Assembly (NCBI GenBank): GCA_900766495.1
Contig: CAAFVM010000012.1
Span: 9,407-73,406 of the forward strand
Direction of reading: 5' to 3'
Source of the DNA: Clostridia bacterium
GTDB lineage: Bacteria > Bacillota > Clostridia > Christensenellales > Borkfalkiaceae
DNA: 64,000 bases
How positions within the stretch are numbered: position 1 is the stretch's first letter; each line of letters begins with the position of its first letter. This document shows, one piece after another, positions 56,195 to 64,000 of the stretch. The notes under the pieces are model-generated. The model was not told where the DNA came from. It did no database searches and saw nothing but the letters and a program-made list of their open reading frames with translations. The position numbers and the translations under genes are program-made.

Positions 56195-56866
56195 TTAAGC
56201 GTTCAAGTCCCAGTTTATGGGCGTTTCGCCGTTTTTAATCAAAAAGTCGTTGGTTTTAGAAAAGTGTTTGCAACCGAAAAATCCGTTAAACGCGGAAAGC
56301 GGGCTGGGGTGAGCGCACTCTAAAATCAAGTGGTTGCTTCCGCTTATAAGCGATTTTTTTGCGCGCGCGTTGGCACCCCAAAGCAAAAATACCATAGGCT
56401 TTTCGCGCTTTGCCAAAATTTTTATAACCTCGTCGGTGAACTCCTGCCAGCCGCATTTCGAATGCGAGTTAGCCGCGCCCGCGCGCACCGTAAGCGTTGT
56501 GTTCAAAAGCAGAACGCCTTGCTTTGCCCATTTAGTAAGGCAACCCGAGCGCGGCGGCTCTATGCCCAAATCGCTTTTTAGTTCTTTGTAAATATTAACA
56601 AGCGAGGGCGGCGGTTCCACACCGTCTTTTACCGAAAAACAAAGTCCGTGCGCCTGCCCCTCGCCGTGGTAAGGGTCTTGCCCTAAAATTACGGCTTTAA
56701 CTTCGGAATAGGGCGTGTATTTAAACGCGTTGAAAATATCTGCCATTGGCGGATAAATTATGCGCGTGGAATATTCTTTTTTTAAAAATTCGCGGATTGA
56801 TAAGTAAAGTTCGCTTTGAAAAAGATCTTTTAAAACGTCATCCCAGTCGTTTCCTATGTGTACCAT
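56195..56866 (-). CDS. ung: Uracil-DNA glycosylase (family 1)
   Basis: VILGQDPYHG water-activating loop and the GVLLLN and HPSPLSA motifs. Confidence 0.93.
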   Translation of the reverse strand: MVHIGNDWDDVLKDLFQSELYLSIREFLKKEYSTRIIYPPMADIFNAFKYTPYSEVKAVILGQDPYHGEGQAHGLCFSVKDGVEPPPSLVNIYKELKSDLGIEPPRSGCLTKWAKQGVLLLNTTLTVRAGAANSHSKCGWQEFTDEVIKILAKREKPMVFLLWGANARAKKSLISGSNHLILECAHPSPLSAFNGFFGCKHFSKTNDFLIKNGETPINWDLNA

Positions 56867-57138
56867 AAAATAACCTCATCGTTAAAAGGTATAAAAATTA
56901 AAATTAAAGTAAAAATTTTATATATGAAAAAAAGTGTTTTTAATAAAAAAAGTTTAAAAAATTATAAGTTTACGTCTATGGAAAAACTATCGTTTGCAAG
57001 CCCGAAAGAAAGCCGCAAAATATTGCCCGGCATTGTAAAAAAAGCTCTTAATAACGAAAGTTACGAAGAATAACTTTTAACGGTTGCAAATCGTTTTTGC
57101 TTGTGGCGGTAGAAACAAAACCGTCGGCTTGAAAAAAC

Positions 57139-58005
57139 TTAAAAATCCCATTGGGGAATAAACTTTTCGCCGGATGAATCGAGTTGTTGAATAAAGCAGT
57201 TTTCAACGCCGGAGGAAAACAATTTATCAACCGCGCGGTTATATTCGCGTTTGGTAACCGGGCGTTTAAGTTCGGGGTAGTTTTCAATATCTCCGAACGG
57301 GGTGTATTGAGCCATAAGCGAAAAATAGGCTCCTCCGCTCGCGTTTTGTGCGAACCATTCGATTATTTTTTCGGTTTCGTTAAGGTTTAGCGGCAGCAAA
57401 AGGTGGCGCAAGCAAACCCCGCTTCGCATAAGTCCGTCTTCGACGACGGTTTTTCGGCTTTGCATCATTTTTATGATTGCGGCGCTTGCTTTTTCGAAAT
57501 AATCGGGGATTTTCGCATATCTTTCGGACGCGAAAGATGAATAATATTTTAAGTCGGGCAGAAAAATATCGGCGAATTTAAGAGGAATTTCAAGTCCCGA
57601 AAGGCTTTCGTATCCCGACGTATTGTAAACTATAGGCACGTTGGGGCGGTAAATTTTTACGGCTTCGTAAATTTTATCGGCAAAGTGCGTGGGGCTTACA
57701 AGGTTTATATTGTGCGCTCCTGCGTTTTCAAGCTCTTTAAAAATAGCGGCAAGGTCGGCGGGCGTAATTGTTTTTCCGCGTTCCGAGCGTGAAAGTTCGA
57801 AATTCTGGCAGAAAACGCATTTCAGACCGCAACCCGAAAAAAATACCGTGCCGCTTCCGTTTTTGCCGCTGATAAACGGCTCTTCGTAAGGGTGCAGGTA
57901 ATATTTCGCTATGCGCATTTCGGCTTTTTCGCCGCATTTTCCAACGGCAATTTCACGATTAACCCCGCAATCGTTGGGGCAAAGATGACAATATGACATA
58001 AGCAC
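57139..58005 (-). CDS. Radical SAM protein, PflX-type (pyruvate formate-lyase activase homologue, COG1313)
   Basis: CGLKCVFCQN radical-SAM cluster motif and an N-terminal CHLCPNDCGVNR extra Cys cluster. Confidence 0.75.
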   Translation of the reverse strand: MLMSYCHLCPNDCGVNREIAVGKCGEKAEMRIAKYYLHPYEEPFISGKNGSGTVFFSGCGLKCVFCQNFELSRSERGKTITPADLAAIFKELENAGAHNINLVSPTHFADKIYEAVKIYRPNVPIVYNTSGYESLSGLEIPLKFADIFLPDLKYYSSFASERYAKIPDYFEKASAAIIKMMQSRKTVVEDGLMRSGVCLRHLLLPLNLNETEKIIEWFAQNASGGAYFSLMAQYTPFGDIENYPELKRPVTKREYNRAVDKLFSSGVENCFIQQLDSSGEKFIPQWDF

Positions 58006-58120
58006 ATTTTAGCATTTTTCGCGTTTTATTACAATCGTTTTTGCCCTTGCCGCGAAAAAGCGCGCAAATAACTTTCTTGTGTTTTAAAAATTAACTTGTA
58101 AATTAGCGTATGCAATTAAC

Positions 58121-58149
58121 TTGACTATAACGGTTTAAAAGTATATAAT
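58121..58149 (+). promoter_or_regulatory. sigma-A type promoter of metK
   Basis: TTGACT at 58121-58126, a 17-nt spacer, then TATAAT at 58144-58149. Confidence 0.65.
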
Positions 58150-58202
58150 ATGGCTATCGAACGGAAATCGACCACAAATACGAACGTTCAAAGGAAACTA
58201 TA

Positions 58203-59375
58203 ATGAAAAAATTTTTTACGAGCGAAAGCGTAACCGAGGGGCATCCCGATAAAATATGCGACCAGATATCCGACGCGGTTCTTGACGCTATTTTGGAAAA
58301 AGACCCCGAGGCGAGGGTGGCTTGCGAGTGCGTGGCTACTACGGGGCTTGTGCTCGTAACAGGCGAAATCACCACTAATTGCTATGTGGATATAGCGCAC
58401 GTCGCGCGCGAAACCATTCGCGAAATAGGCTACGACAGGGCAAAATACGGGTTCGACTGCGACACCTGCTCGGTGCTTACCTCTATTAAAGAGCAAAGCC
58501 CCGATATTGCGCTTGGAGTTGACAACTCGGTTGAACACCGCGAAAGCGGCGACGTTGCCGACCTTTACGGGGCGGGCGACCAGGGCATAATGTTCGGCTA
58601 TGCGACCGACGAGACCGAAGAGTATATGCCTATGCCCATAACGCTTGCGCATAAACTCGCCCGCAGACTTACCGAAGTAAGAAAGAGCGGCTTGCTCAAC
58701 TATCTGCGCCCCGACGGGAAAACACAGGTTACTGTTGAATACGACGGCAGAAAGCCCGTGCGCGTAGAGGCTGTTGTTGTTTCTTCGCAGCATTCCGAAC
58801 AGGTTACCACCGAAAAACTTCGCGAAGACATTAAAAAATACGTTATAGAAGCAACCATTCCCGCCGAACTTATGGACGGCAACACGAAAATTTATATAAA
58901 CCCCACGGGCAGGTTTGAAATGGGCGGCCCGCATGCCGACAGCGGCTTGACCGGAAGAAAGATTATAGTAGATACTTACGGCGGCAGTTGCGCTCACGGC
59001 GGCGGCGCGTTTTCGGGCAAAGATCCCACCAAGGTTGACAGAAGCGCTTCGTATATGCTCCGCTATATAGCAAAAAACCTCGTTGCTGCGGGGTTTTGCA
59101 AAGAATGCCATATCGAGGTTTCTTACGCGATAGGCGTGGCTCGTCCGGTTTCGCTTTTCGTTGACACAGATGGCACCGGCGTTATTCCCGACGGCGAAAT
59201 AGCCGATATTATAGAAAAGGAATTCGATTTGCGCCCTTACTCGATAATTCGCACCTTGAATTTGCGCAGACCAATTTACAAAAAGACCGCGGCTTACGGG
59301 CATTTCGGCAACCCCGATTTCGCGTGGGAGAAGCTCGACAGGGTAGCAGACCTTAAAAAATATATAAAACAGTAA
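58203..59375 (+). CDS. metK: S-adenosylmethionine synthetase
   Basis: [32 protein letters not shown] and [16 protein letters not shown]. Confidence 0.97.
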   Translation: MKKFFTSESVTEGHPDKICDQISDAVLDAILEKDPEARVACECVATTGLVLVTGEITTNCYVDIAHVARETIREIGYDRAKYGFDCDTCSVLTSIKEQSPDIALGVDNSVEHRESGDVADLYGAGDQGIMFGYATDETEEYMPMPITLAHKLARRLTEVRKSGLLNYLRPDGKTQVTVEYDGRKPVRVEAVVVSSQHSEQVTTEKLREDIKKYVIEATIPAELMDGNTKIYINPTGRFEMGGPHADSGLTGRKIIVDTYGGSCAHGGGAFSGKDPTKVDRSASYMLRYIAKNLVAAGFCKECHIEVSYAIGVARPVSLFVDTDGTGVIPDGEIADIIEKEFDLRPYSIIRTLNLRRPIYKKTAAYGHFGNPDFAWEKLDRVADLKKYIKQ

Positions 59376-59436
59376 TTGACATTAACGTTGAAGCGTCGCT
59401 TTATAAGCGGCGCTTTTAATTTTTAAGGTTTAGCGC

Positions 59437-59655
59437 AAAGAATCAGAAAGGTACGCTTCCGCGAGATGTTTCGACAAGCTCAACATGACAGAAAACAAGT
59501 TTTTGCTTTTTTATATCAAGTAGTGCCGTTATTTTGCAATCTTTGCTTTCGCGGCAGAATACTTGAATTATAATAAAAGGTTTAACGCGAAGAATTAGAA
59601 AAGTACGCTTCCGCGAGATGAAAGTGCTGCGCTTCGCTTATTCAACGTGACGGTA
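59437..59655. repeat. Mosaic intergenic repeat cluster, locus 3
   Basis: Two copies of GGTTTA(G/A)CGC(A/G)AAGAAT(C/T)AGAAA(G/A)GTACGCTTCCGCGAGATG, at 59437 and 59579. The first continues into the C-unit hairpin at 59453-59491. The second continues into a third hairpin variant at 59604-59652. A partial B-like segment lies at 59549-59570. Confidence 0.8.
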
Positions 59656-59900
59656 AACATTCGGCTTTATTATAAAATATAGTCGCGCGCGAACGCGCAC
59701 ATATTGTTTATAGAATACTGCCATAATAGAATTTATAACAACATTTTAAACAGTTTTAACAAACAAAAGCTGTTGAAATAAAAGTTTAAGGGTGTTAAAA
59801 TAAAAGCAAGAATGAAAGAGTGGGGCTTTCCCTACGTGCGCATAGTCGCTCGTTTTTGCAAAAATAAGCTCCGCAAACAAGAACTAATGGGAGAAAAATT

Positions 59901-61328
59901 ATGAAAAAGATTTTATCGCTCGCTTTAGCTGCATGCTTAACGCTCGGCGCGTCGGCTTTTGCCGGTTGCACCGATAAAGGTCCCAACAGCTCCGGCAGTA
60001 AACCCGAACCCGAATTTGACGGCTGGAATGTACAGAATATTCTTGAACGTCCGGTCGAAAAAGACGATATACGTATCGGCACATACGTAACTTTTGCCGA
60101 TACCACTAAAGGTTGGTCGGGTAAAGACCAGCTCGAACGTTATTATTACGCAGGGTTGAACTTTATGCCTATGATATGCACATTGCCCAAGGCGGGTATG
60201 CTTACCGAGGACGAGAAAACCTATATTTCGCGCGACCTCACAAGCGACCTGTGGTGGAAGAAAATCGACGAGGTTACGGAAGAATATAATATGCTTTATT
60301 ATTTCTCCGAACTTTCCGGTCTTGCCAACGACCACGAGCCGTGCGGCAGACGCGAATCGATGTCGGTAGACGACGCAGTCAGCGACGCGCGTGAAATCAT
60401 TCCGCAACTTTCTTCCCGTTGCGTGGGCGTTCATATGATAGACGAACCGGGCGTAGGCAGCTTTGGCGAACTTGCCAAATATGCAAGACGTTACGCCGCT
60501 ATTATGGATTCCAACGGCAATAAAATAGGCCTTGACGCGCTGGTAAACCACATAGGTTCTTACGAAAATATGAAAATGTGGGTAGAAACGGCAGGAGCAA
60601 GCGTAGGTGTTATAAGCTACGACGCTTATCCGTTCTCGTTAGGAGGAACCATTACCAACGTTATAACTCTCGCTAATCAGGTTCGTCAGCTTGCCAACAG
60701 CTATAACATGCACGTTCAGATGTATCCGCAGTCATGCAACTGGATTAATTATAGAATGCCTACGCTCGACGAAATAAAATGGCACGTAAATTGCAATGTG
60801 GCTATGGGCGTAACGCAGTTCAATTACTTTAACTATTCTATGTATCCCGCCGAGGGCTGCACCGACGCTATTTTCGACATCGACGGCACCGTTCGTCACC
60901 CCGAAATACTTGAGGGACTTACCGAATTCCATAAAGAACTCCGCGTAGTCGACGCGAATATTCGCCTTTACCACTATATGGTAAATCAGATATATTCTAC
61001 CAAAGGCTACTACGGTATGACTCAACTGCCCAACAGCTGGGAAATCTCGGGCGAGGGCATACGCGATCTCGATTTAATCGTTTCGTTGTATGAACCGCGT
61101 GCAAACGCCACCGAAACCGTTAAATATATAAGCATAACCAACGCTTCTTATACCGACGACATTGAAAACCGAGAAATTCTTCTTGGTGAAAATTCGGGCA
61201 TTATGGCGCTTGAATACCTTAATCCCGTAACCGGCAAATACGAAGCGGTTGAAATTCTTAACGGCGCGTTCAACCTGTCGCTTGAAAAATCGGGTATCGC
61301 GTTCTTCAGAGTAACCGGCGACCTGTAA
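59901..61328 (+). CDS. Lipoprotein of unknown function, possibly a glycoside-hydrolase-like TIM barrel
   Basis: Lipobox SAFAGC. HMIDEPG and ISYDAYPF are reminiscent of GH-type barrels, but no family was assigned. Sits in a sugar-locus context. Confidence 0.5.
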   Translation: MKKILSLALAACLTLGASAFAGCTDKGPNSSGSKPEPEFDGWNVQNILERPVEKDDIRIGTYVTFADTTKGWSGKDQLERYYYAGLNFMPMICTLPKAGMLTEDEKTYISRDLTSDLWWKKIDEVTEEYNMLYYFSELSGLANDHEPCGRRESMSVDDAVSDAREIIPQLSSRCVGVHMIDEPGVGSFGELAKYARRYAAIMDSNGNKIGLDALVNHIGSYENMKMWVETAGASVGVISYDAYPFSLGGTITNVITLANQVRQLANSYNMHVQMYPQSCNWINYRMPTLDEIKWHVNCNVAMGVTQFNYFNYSMYPAEGCTDAIFDIDGTVRHPEILEGLTEFHKELRVVDANIRLYHYMVNQIYSTKGYYGMTQLPNSWEISGEGIRDLDLIVSLYEPRANATETVKYISITNASYTDDIENREILLGENSGIMALEYLNPVTGKYEAVEILNGAFNLSLEKSGIAFFRVTGDL

Positions 61329-61473
61329 AATCAAAACAGAATTTTCTTCGGGAGGAAAAACAAAACTCTTCCCGAAAAAATTTAAAAAACAAAAGGGCAT
61401 GCCCTTTTCCACTTGTTGGTACAAGTGGAAATAAGTTTTATAAGATATAAAAACAAAAAAAGAAGAAACTAAT

Positions 61474-62343
61474 ATGAAAATTACCGTTTTAGGATGCGGA
61501 GCCGCCGAAGGCATTCCGGCAATGTTTTGCCAGTGTACGCTCTGCAAACAAGCGCGCGAGCGTAAAATATTCAGAACTCGCAGCCAAATACTCATCAACG
61601 ACGATATGCTTATAGATTTCCCGCCAGACACTTATTATCGTTCGCTTGCGATGGGCGTGAATTTAGGCAAAATCGAGAATATACTGGTAACTCACAGCCA
61701 CAGCGACCATTTTTACCCCGAAGACTTTTTTGCAAGGGGAGACTGGAGTTCTTTCGATTTACCGATAGAAAAGCTTACGCTTCACGGAAATTCCGCAATG
61801 CGCGCCGCTTTCGAGAAAAACGGTTATGCAAAAAAGAAAGACACCTACGTTCACGAACCGCACGGCGTTTTGAACGGATATAACGTTTACGGTCAAAGCA
61901 GCGAATATGTGGTTCACAAAACGTTCGAAACCTTTACCGCAGGCAAATACGTGGTAACCGCGTTGCCCGCAAAACATACAATAGGCGAAAATTGCTTTAT
62001 ATATCTGGTTCGCGAGGGCGATAAAACTTTGCTTTACGCCACCGATACGGGGTATTTCAAAAAAAGCGTGTTCGATTATTTCGTAAACAACAACATAAAA
62101 CTCGACGCGATGATAGTCGATTCGACATACGGCTTGGTTTGCTCGTCCGATAAGCTTCACATGAACTTTTTCGACAACGACGAATTAAGAAAGAATATGC
62201 TTGAACTCGGCATAATAACAGAGCAAACGCAATGCTATCTTACGCACGTGTTCCACGGGTCGGCGAAAGACCTCGATTCTTTGGATAAAGCCGTTCCTCT
62301 GGGTTACACTCTGCTTCGCGACGGGTATGAAATCACCCTGTAA
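61474..62343 (+). CDS. MBL-fold metallo-hydrolase (PhnP-like)
   Basis: KITVLGCG start, a CQCTLC zinc-ribbon-like insert, and VTHSHSDH. Confidence 0.7.
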   Translation: MKITVLGCGAAEGIPAMFCQCTLCKQARERKIFRTRSQILINDDMLIDFPPDTYYRSLAMGVNLGKIENILVTHSHSDHFYPEDFFARGDWSSFDLPIEKLTLHGNSAMRAAFEKNGYAKKKDTYVHEPHGVLNGYNVYGQSSEYVVHKTFETFTAGKYVVTALPAKHTIGENCFIYLVREGDKTLLYATDTGYFKKSVFDYFVNNNIKLDAMIVDSTYGLVCSSDKLHMNFFDNDELRKNMLELGIITEQTQCYLTHVFHGSAKDLDSLDKAVPLGYTLLRDGYEITL

Positions 62344-62358
62344 AATCAAGAATTTTCG

Positions 62359-63186
62359 GTGAGTTATATGATTAGTTTTGTAGCGGATATAATCGGGTTT
62401 TACGACGTAAATCCGCGAAATCTTCAAATTGAACGAACAAGGTTGGAAGCGCCCGACGCAAAAGAAAACGTGGGCTGCGCGTTCGACTGTTTGTGTTTCG
62501 TTACCAACGGCGGCGGTTACGTTAAAGTAGCCGGCAAAACCTATCGCAATTTAAGTCGCGATTCGGTTGTGCATGTTGGTAAAAATGAAACCGCGCAGTT
62601 TGTTTCGACCGACGACGAGTTCGAAATATATTCGGTTACCGTTGATACTTTCGGAAAAGATAAGTTGTTTTCGGTGCTGGGCTTTACCAAAGATTGCCGC
62701 GTTCTTACTCTCGACGGAAAAATGGCGGACGTTGAAAGCCTTTACGAAACGGCAAAACGGCGCACGGCGGCTTCGACTTACGCAAGCGTAGGTAAATTTT
62801 ACGGGCTTCTTTCGAGCTTCGTTCCCTCCGTTCCCGAGAAAAACGACGAAAACGACGAGAACAGATACGTAAATAAAGCAAAAGAATACATTCATATGCA
62901 ATACCACCTTGATATAAACGTAGGCTCTATTGCAAACGAAGTGTATTTGAATCGCTCGTATTTTTCAACCATGTTCAAAAGGGTAACGGGTATGTCGCCC
63001 TTGGAATATTTAACCGATTTCAGAATAAAACAGGCGTGCAAACTGCTTGAAATGGGCAAAAGCGTAACCGATACGGCAATGCTTACCGGTTTCAGCACTG
63101 GTTCGGCGTTTGCAATGCACTTTAAAAAAATAATGAACGAGACTCCTTCGGAATACAGAACCCGAACCAGTCGAGGAGGTAAATAA
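62359..63186 (+). CDS. AraC family transcriptional regulator
   Basis: N-terminal cupin-like sensor, and a C-terminal double HTH (SYFSTMFKRVTGMSPLEY, TGFSTGSAFAMHFKKIMNETPSEYR). The start is either GTG 62359 or ATG 62368. Confidence 0.85.
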   Translation: MSYMISFVADIIGFYDVNPRNLQIERTRLEAPDAKENVGCAFDCLCFVTNGGGYVKVAGKTYRNLSRDSVVHVGKNETAQFVSTDDEFEIYSVTVDTFGKDKLFSVLGFTKDCRVLTLDGKMADVESLYETAKRRTAASTYASVGKFYGLLSSFVPSVPEKNDENDENRYVNKAKEYIHMQYHLDINVGSIANEVYLNRSYFSTMFKRVTGMSPLEYLTDFRIKQACKLLEMGKSVTDTAMLTGFSTGSAFAMHFKKIMNETPSEYRTRTSRGGK

Positions 63187-64000
63187 TGAAAAAATTCGGA
63201 AAACTTATTGCTATAGCCCTTTCGGCAAGCATGCTTGTAGGCGCGGCGGGGTGCTTCCGCTCTACCGATGACGGTCCTAAAGTCGATACCGGTAAAGTAC
63301 AACTTCTCGTGGGTAACTTTAACGGCGGCTACGGCAGCGAATGGCTTAATAAAGCGGTGAAACGTTTTGAAGCAAAATATGCCGATTACGATTTCGGTAA
63401 CGGCAAAAAGGGCGTAGAAGTGTGGGTTAACAACGATGCGCGTTATTCGGGCTCTATGGAAACAAATATGCAGGCTTATCCGCAGCACGTTATTCTTGCC
63501 GAAAACGTCAATTATTACAATATGGTAGATATTTCCGACGGTTCGAGCAAATATATCGTCGATATGTCGGACGTGGTGAACACGCCTATAAATAAAGACT
63601 TTATTACCGGACAGACCGATACCTCTTACGGAACGGGTAATACCACGATTGCCGACATAATGAACTCTTCGATGAAAGAATATCTGAACGTAGACGGCAA
63701 CGGTAAATATTACGGCGTTCCGTTTTACGAAGCTACCGTAGGCATCGTTTACGACGTCGATGTTTTTGAAAAATACGGCTTCTATTACGCTGCCGATGGT
63801 TACGGCGATTCCGACGGGTTCATTCAGGATACCAACGGCAACTGGATAGGGCAGAACGGCAAAGTAATAGGTAACGTAAGCTCGATGAGTTACGCGCAGG
63901 CTATAGAAGCCGGCGTTAAGCTCGGTAACGGACCCGACGGCGCACCCGATACTTACGACGACGGTTGCCCCGCCACTTATGCCGATTTCTTCAAAATGTG
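63186..64000 (+). CDS. Extracellular solute-binding lipoprotein (sugar ABC type), C-terminus cut by the window edge
   Basis: Not in the ORF track because no stop is reached. I translated it by hand from the ATG at 63186, which overlaps the AraC stop (TAATG). The product begins MKKFGKLIAIALSASMLVGAAGCFRS (lipobox), and the frame stays open to 64000. Confidence 0.7.
   Translation, partial: MKKFGKLIAIALSASMLVGAAGCFRSTDDGPKVDTGKVQLLVGNFNGGYGSEWLNKAVKRFEAKYADYDFGNGKKGVEVWVNNDARYSGSMETNMQAYPQHVILAENVNYYNMVDISDGSSKYIVDMSDVVNTPINKDFITGQTDTSYGTGNTTIADIMNSSMKEYLNVDGNGKYYGVPFYEATVGIVYDVDVFEKYGFYYAADGYGDSDGFIQDTNGNWIGQNGKVIGNVSSMSYAQAIEAGVKLGNGPDGAPDTYDDGCPATYADFFKM

Noticed and set aside
56858-57073. 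71-aa Lys-rich ORF between ung and the radical SAM gene.
   Set aside because: It lies in AT-rich intergenic sequence, has no RBS, overlaps the ung start codon region, and has low-complexity K/I/N composition.
58030-58202. A SAM riboswitch (S-box or SMK-box) upstream of metK.
   Set aside because: The promoter at 58121-58149 leaves only about a 50-nt leader. That is too short for an S-box. I could not find the conserved S-box helices or an SMK-box-like pairing with the RBS.

Overview
This is a chromosomal segment from a Bacillota (Clostridia-like) bacterium, and it is almost entirely core housekeeping. I could support about 57 protein-coding genes. I recognised no rRNA, tRNA, CRISPR array, transposase, integrase or phage gene.

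The taxonomic call rests on three things:
- The conserved Firmicute gene string (polC position)-rimP-nusA-ylxR-ylxQ-infB-rbfA-nrnA-truB-ribF.
- lon-engB linkage.
- WhiA, and an L27 protein carrying the Firmicute N-terminal propeptide.

Other recognisable blocks:
- aroB (cut by the left edge) and a YtrA-type GntR-ABC operon.
- ppx, then murB-PHP-whiA, and nadE.
- Two FAD flavoproteins, and rplU-rpmA.
- A puuR-like regulator followed by potABCD.
- An ECF S-component followed by coaX, then ispG.
- ung and metK.
- A sugar-utilisation-type locus at the right edge (lipoprotein, MBL hydrolase, AraC regulator, solute-binding protein cut by the edge).

I found no obvious multi-gene accessory system such as a defence island. 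The items most worth a second look are:
1. A full-length Rho homologue whose Walker A and Walker B motifs are both ablated (21993-23411).
2. A mosaic intergenic repeat family at three loci (27.4-28.0 kb, 54.2-54.4 kb, 59.4-59.7 kb). Its hairpin units differ by compensatory stem substitutions.
3. A 506-aa protein with a PolC-like N-terminal domain, OB fold and exonuclease but no polymerase, sitting exactly at the conserved polC position.
4. A glutamine-dependent NAD synthetase fused to an N-terminal XRE helix-turn-helix.
5. A carbamoyltransferase-fold protein with degenerate carbamoyl-phosphate motifs.

All functional calls come from reading the supplied translations against remembered family motifs. 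No searches were run.
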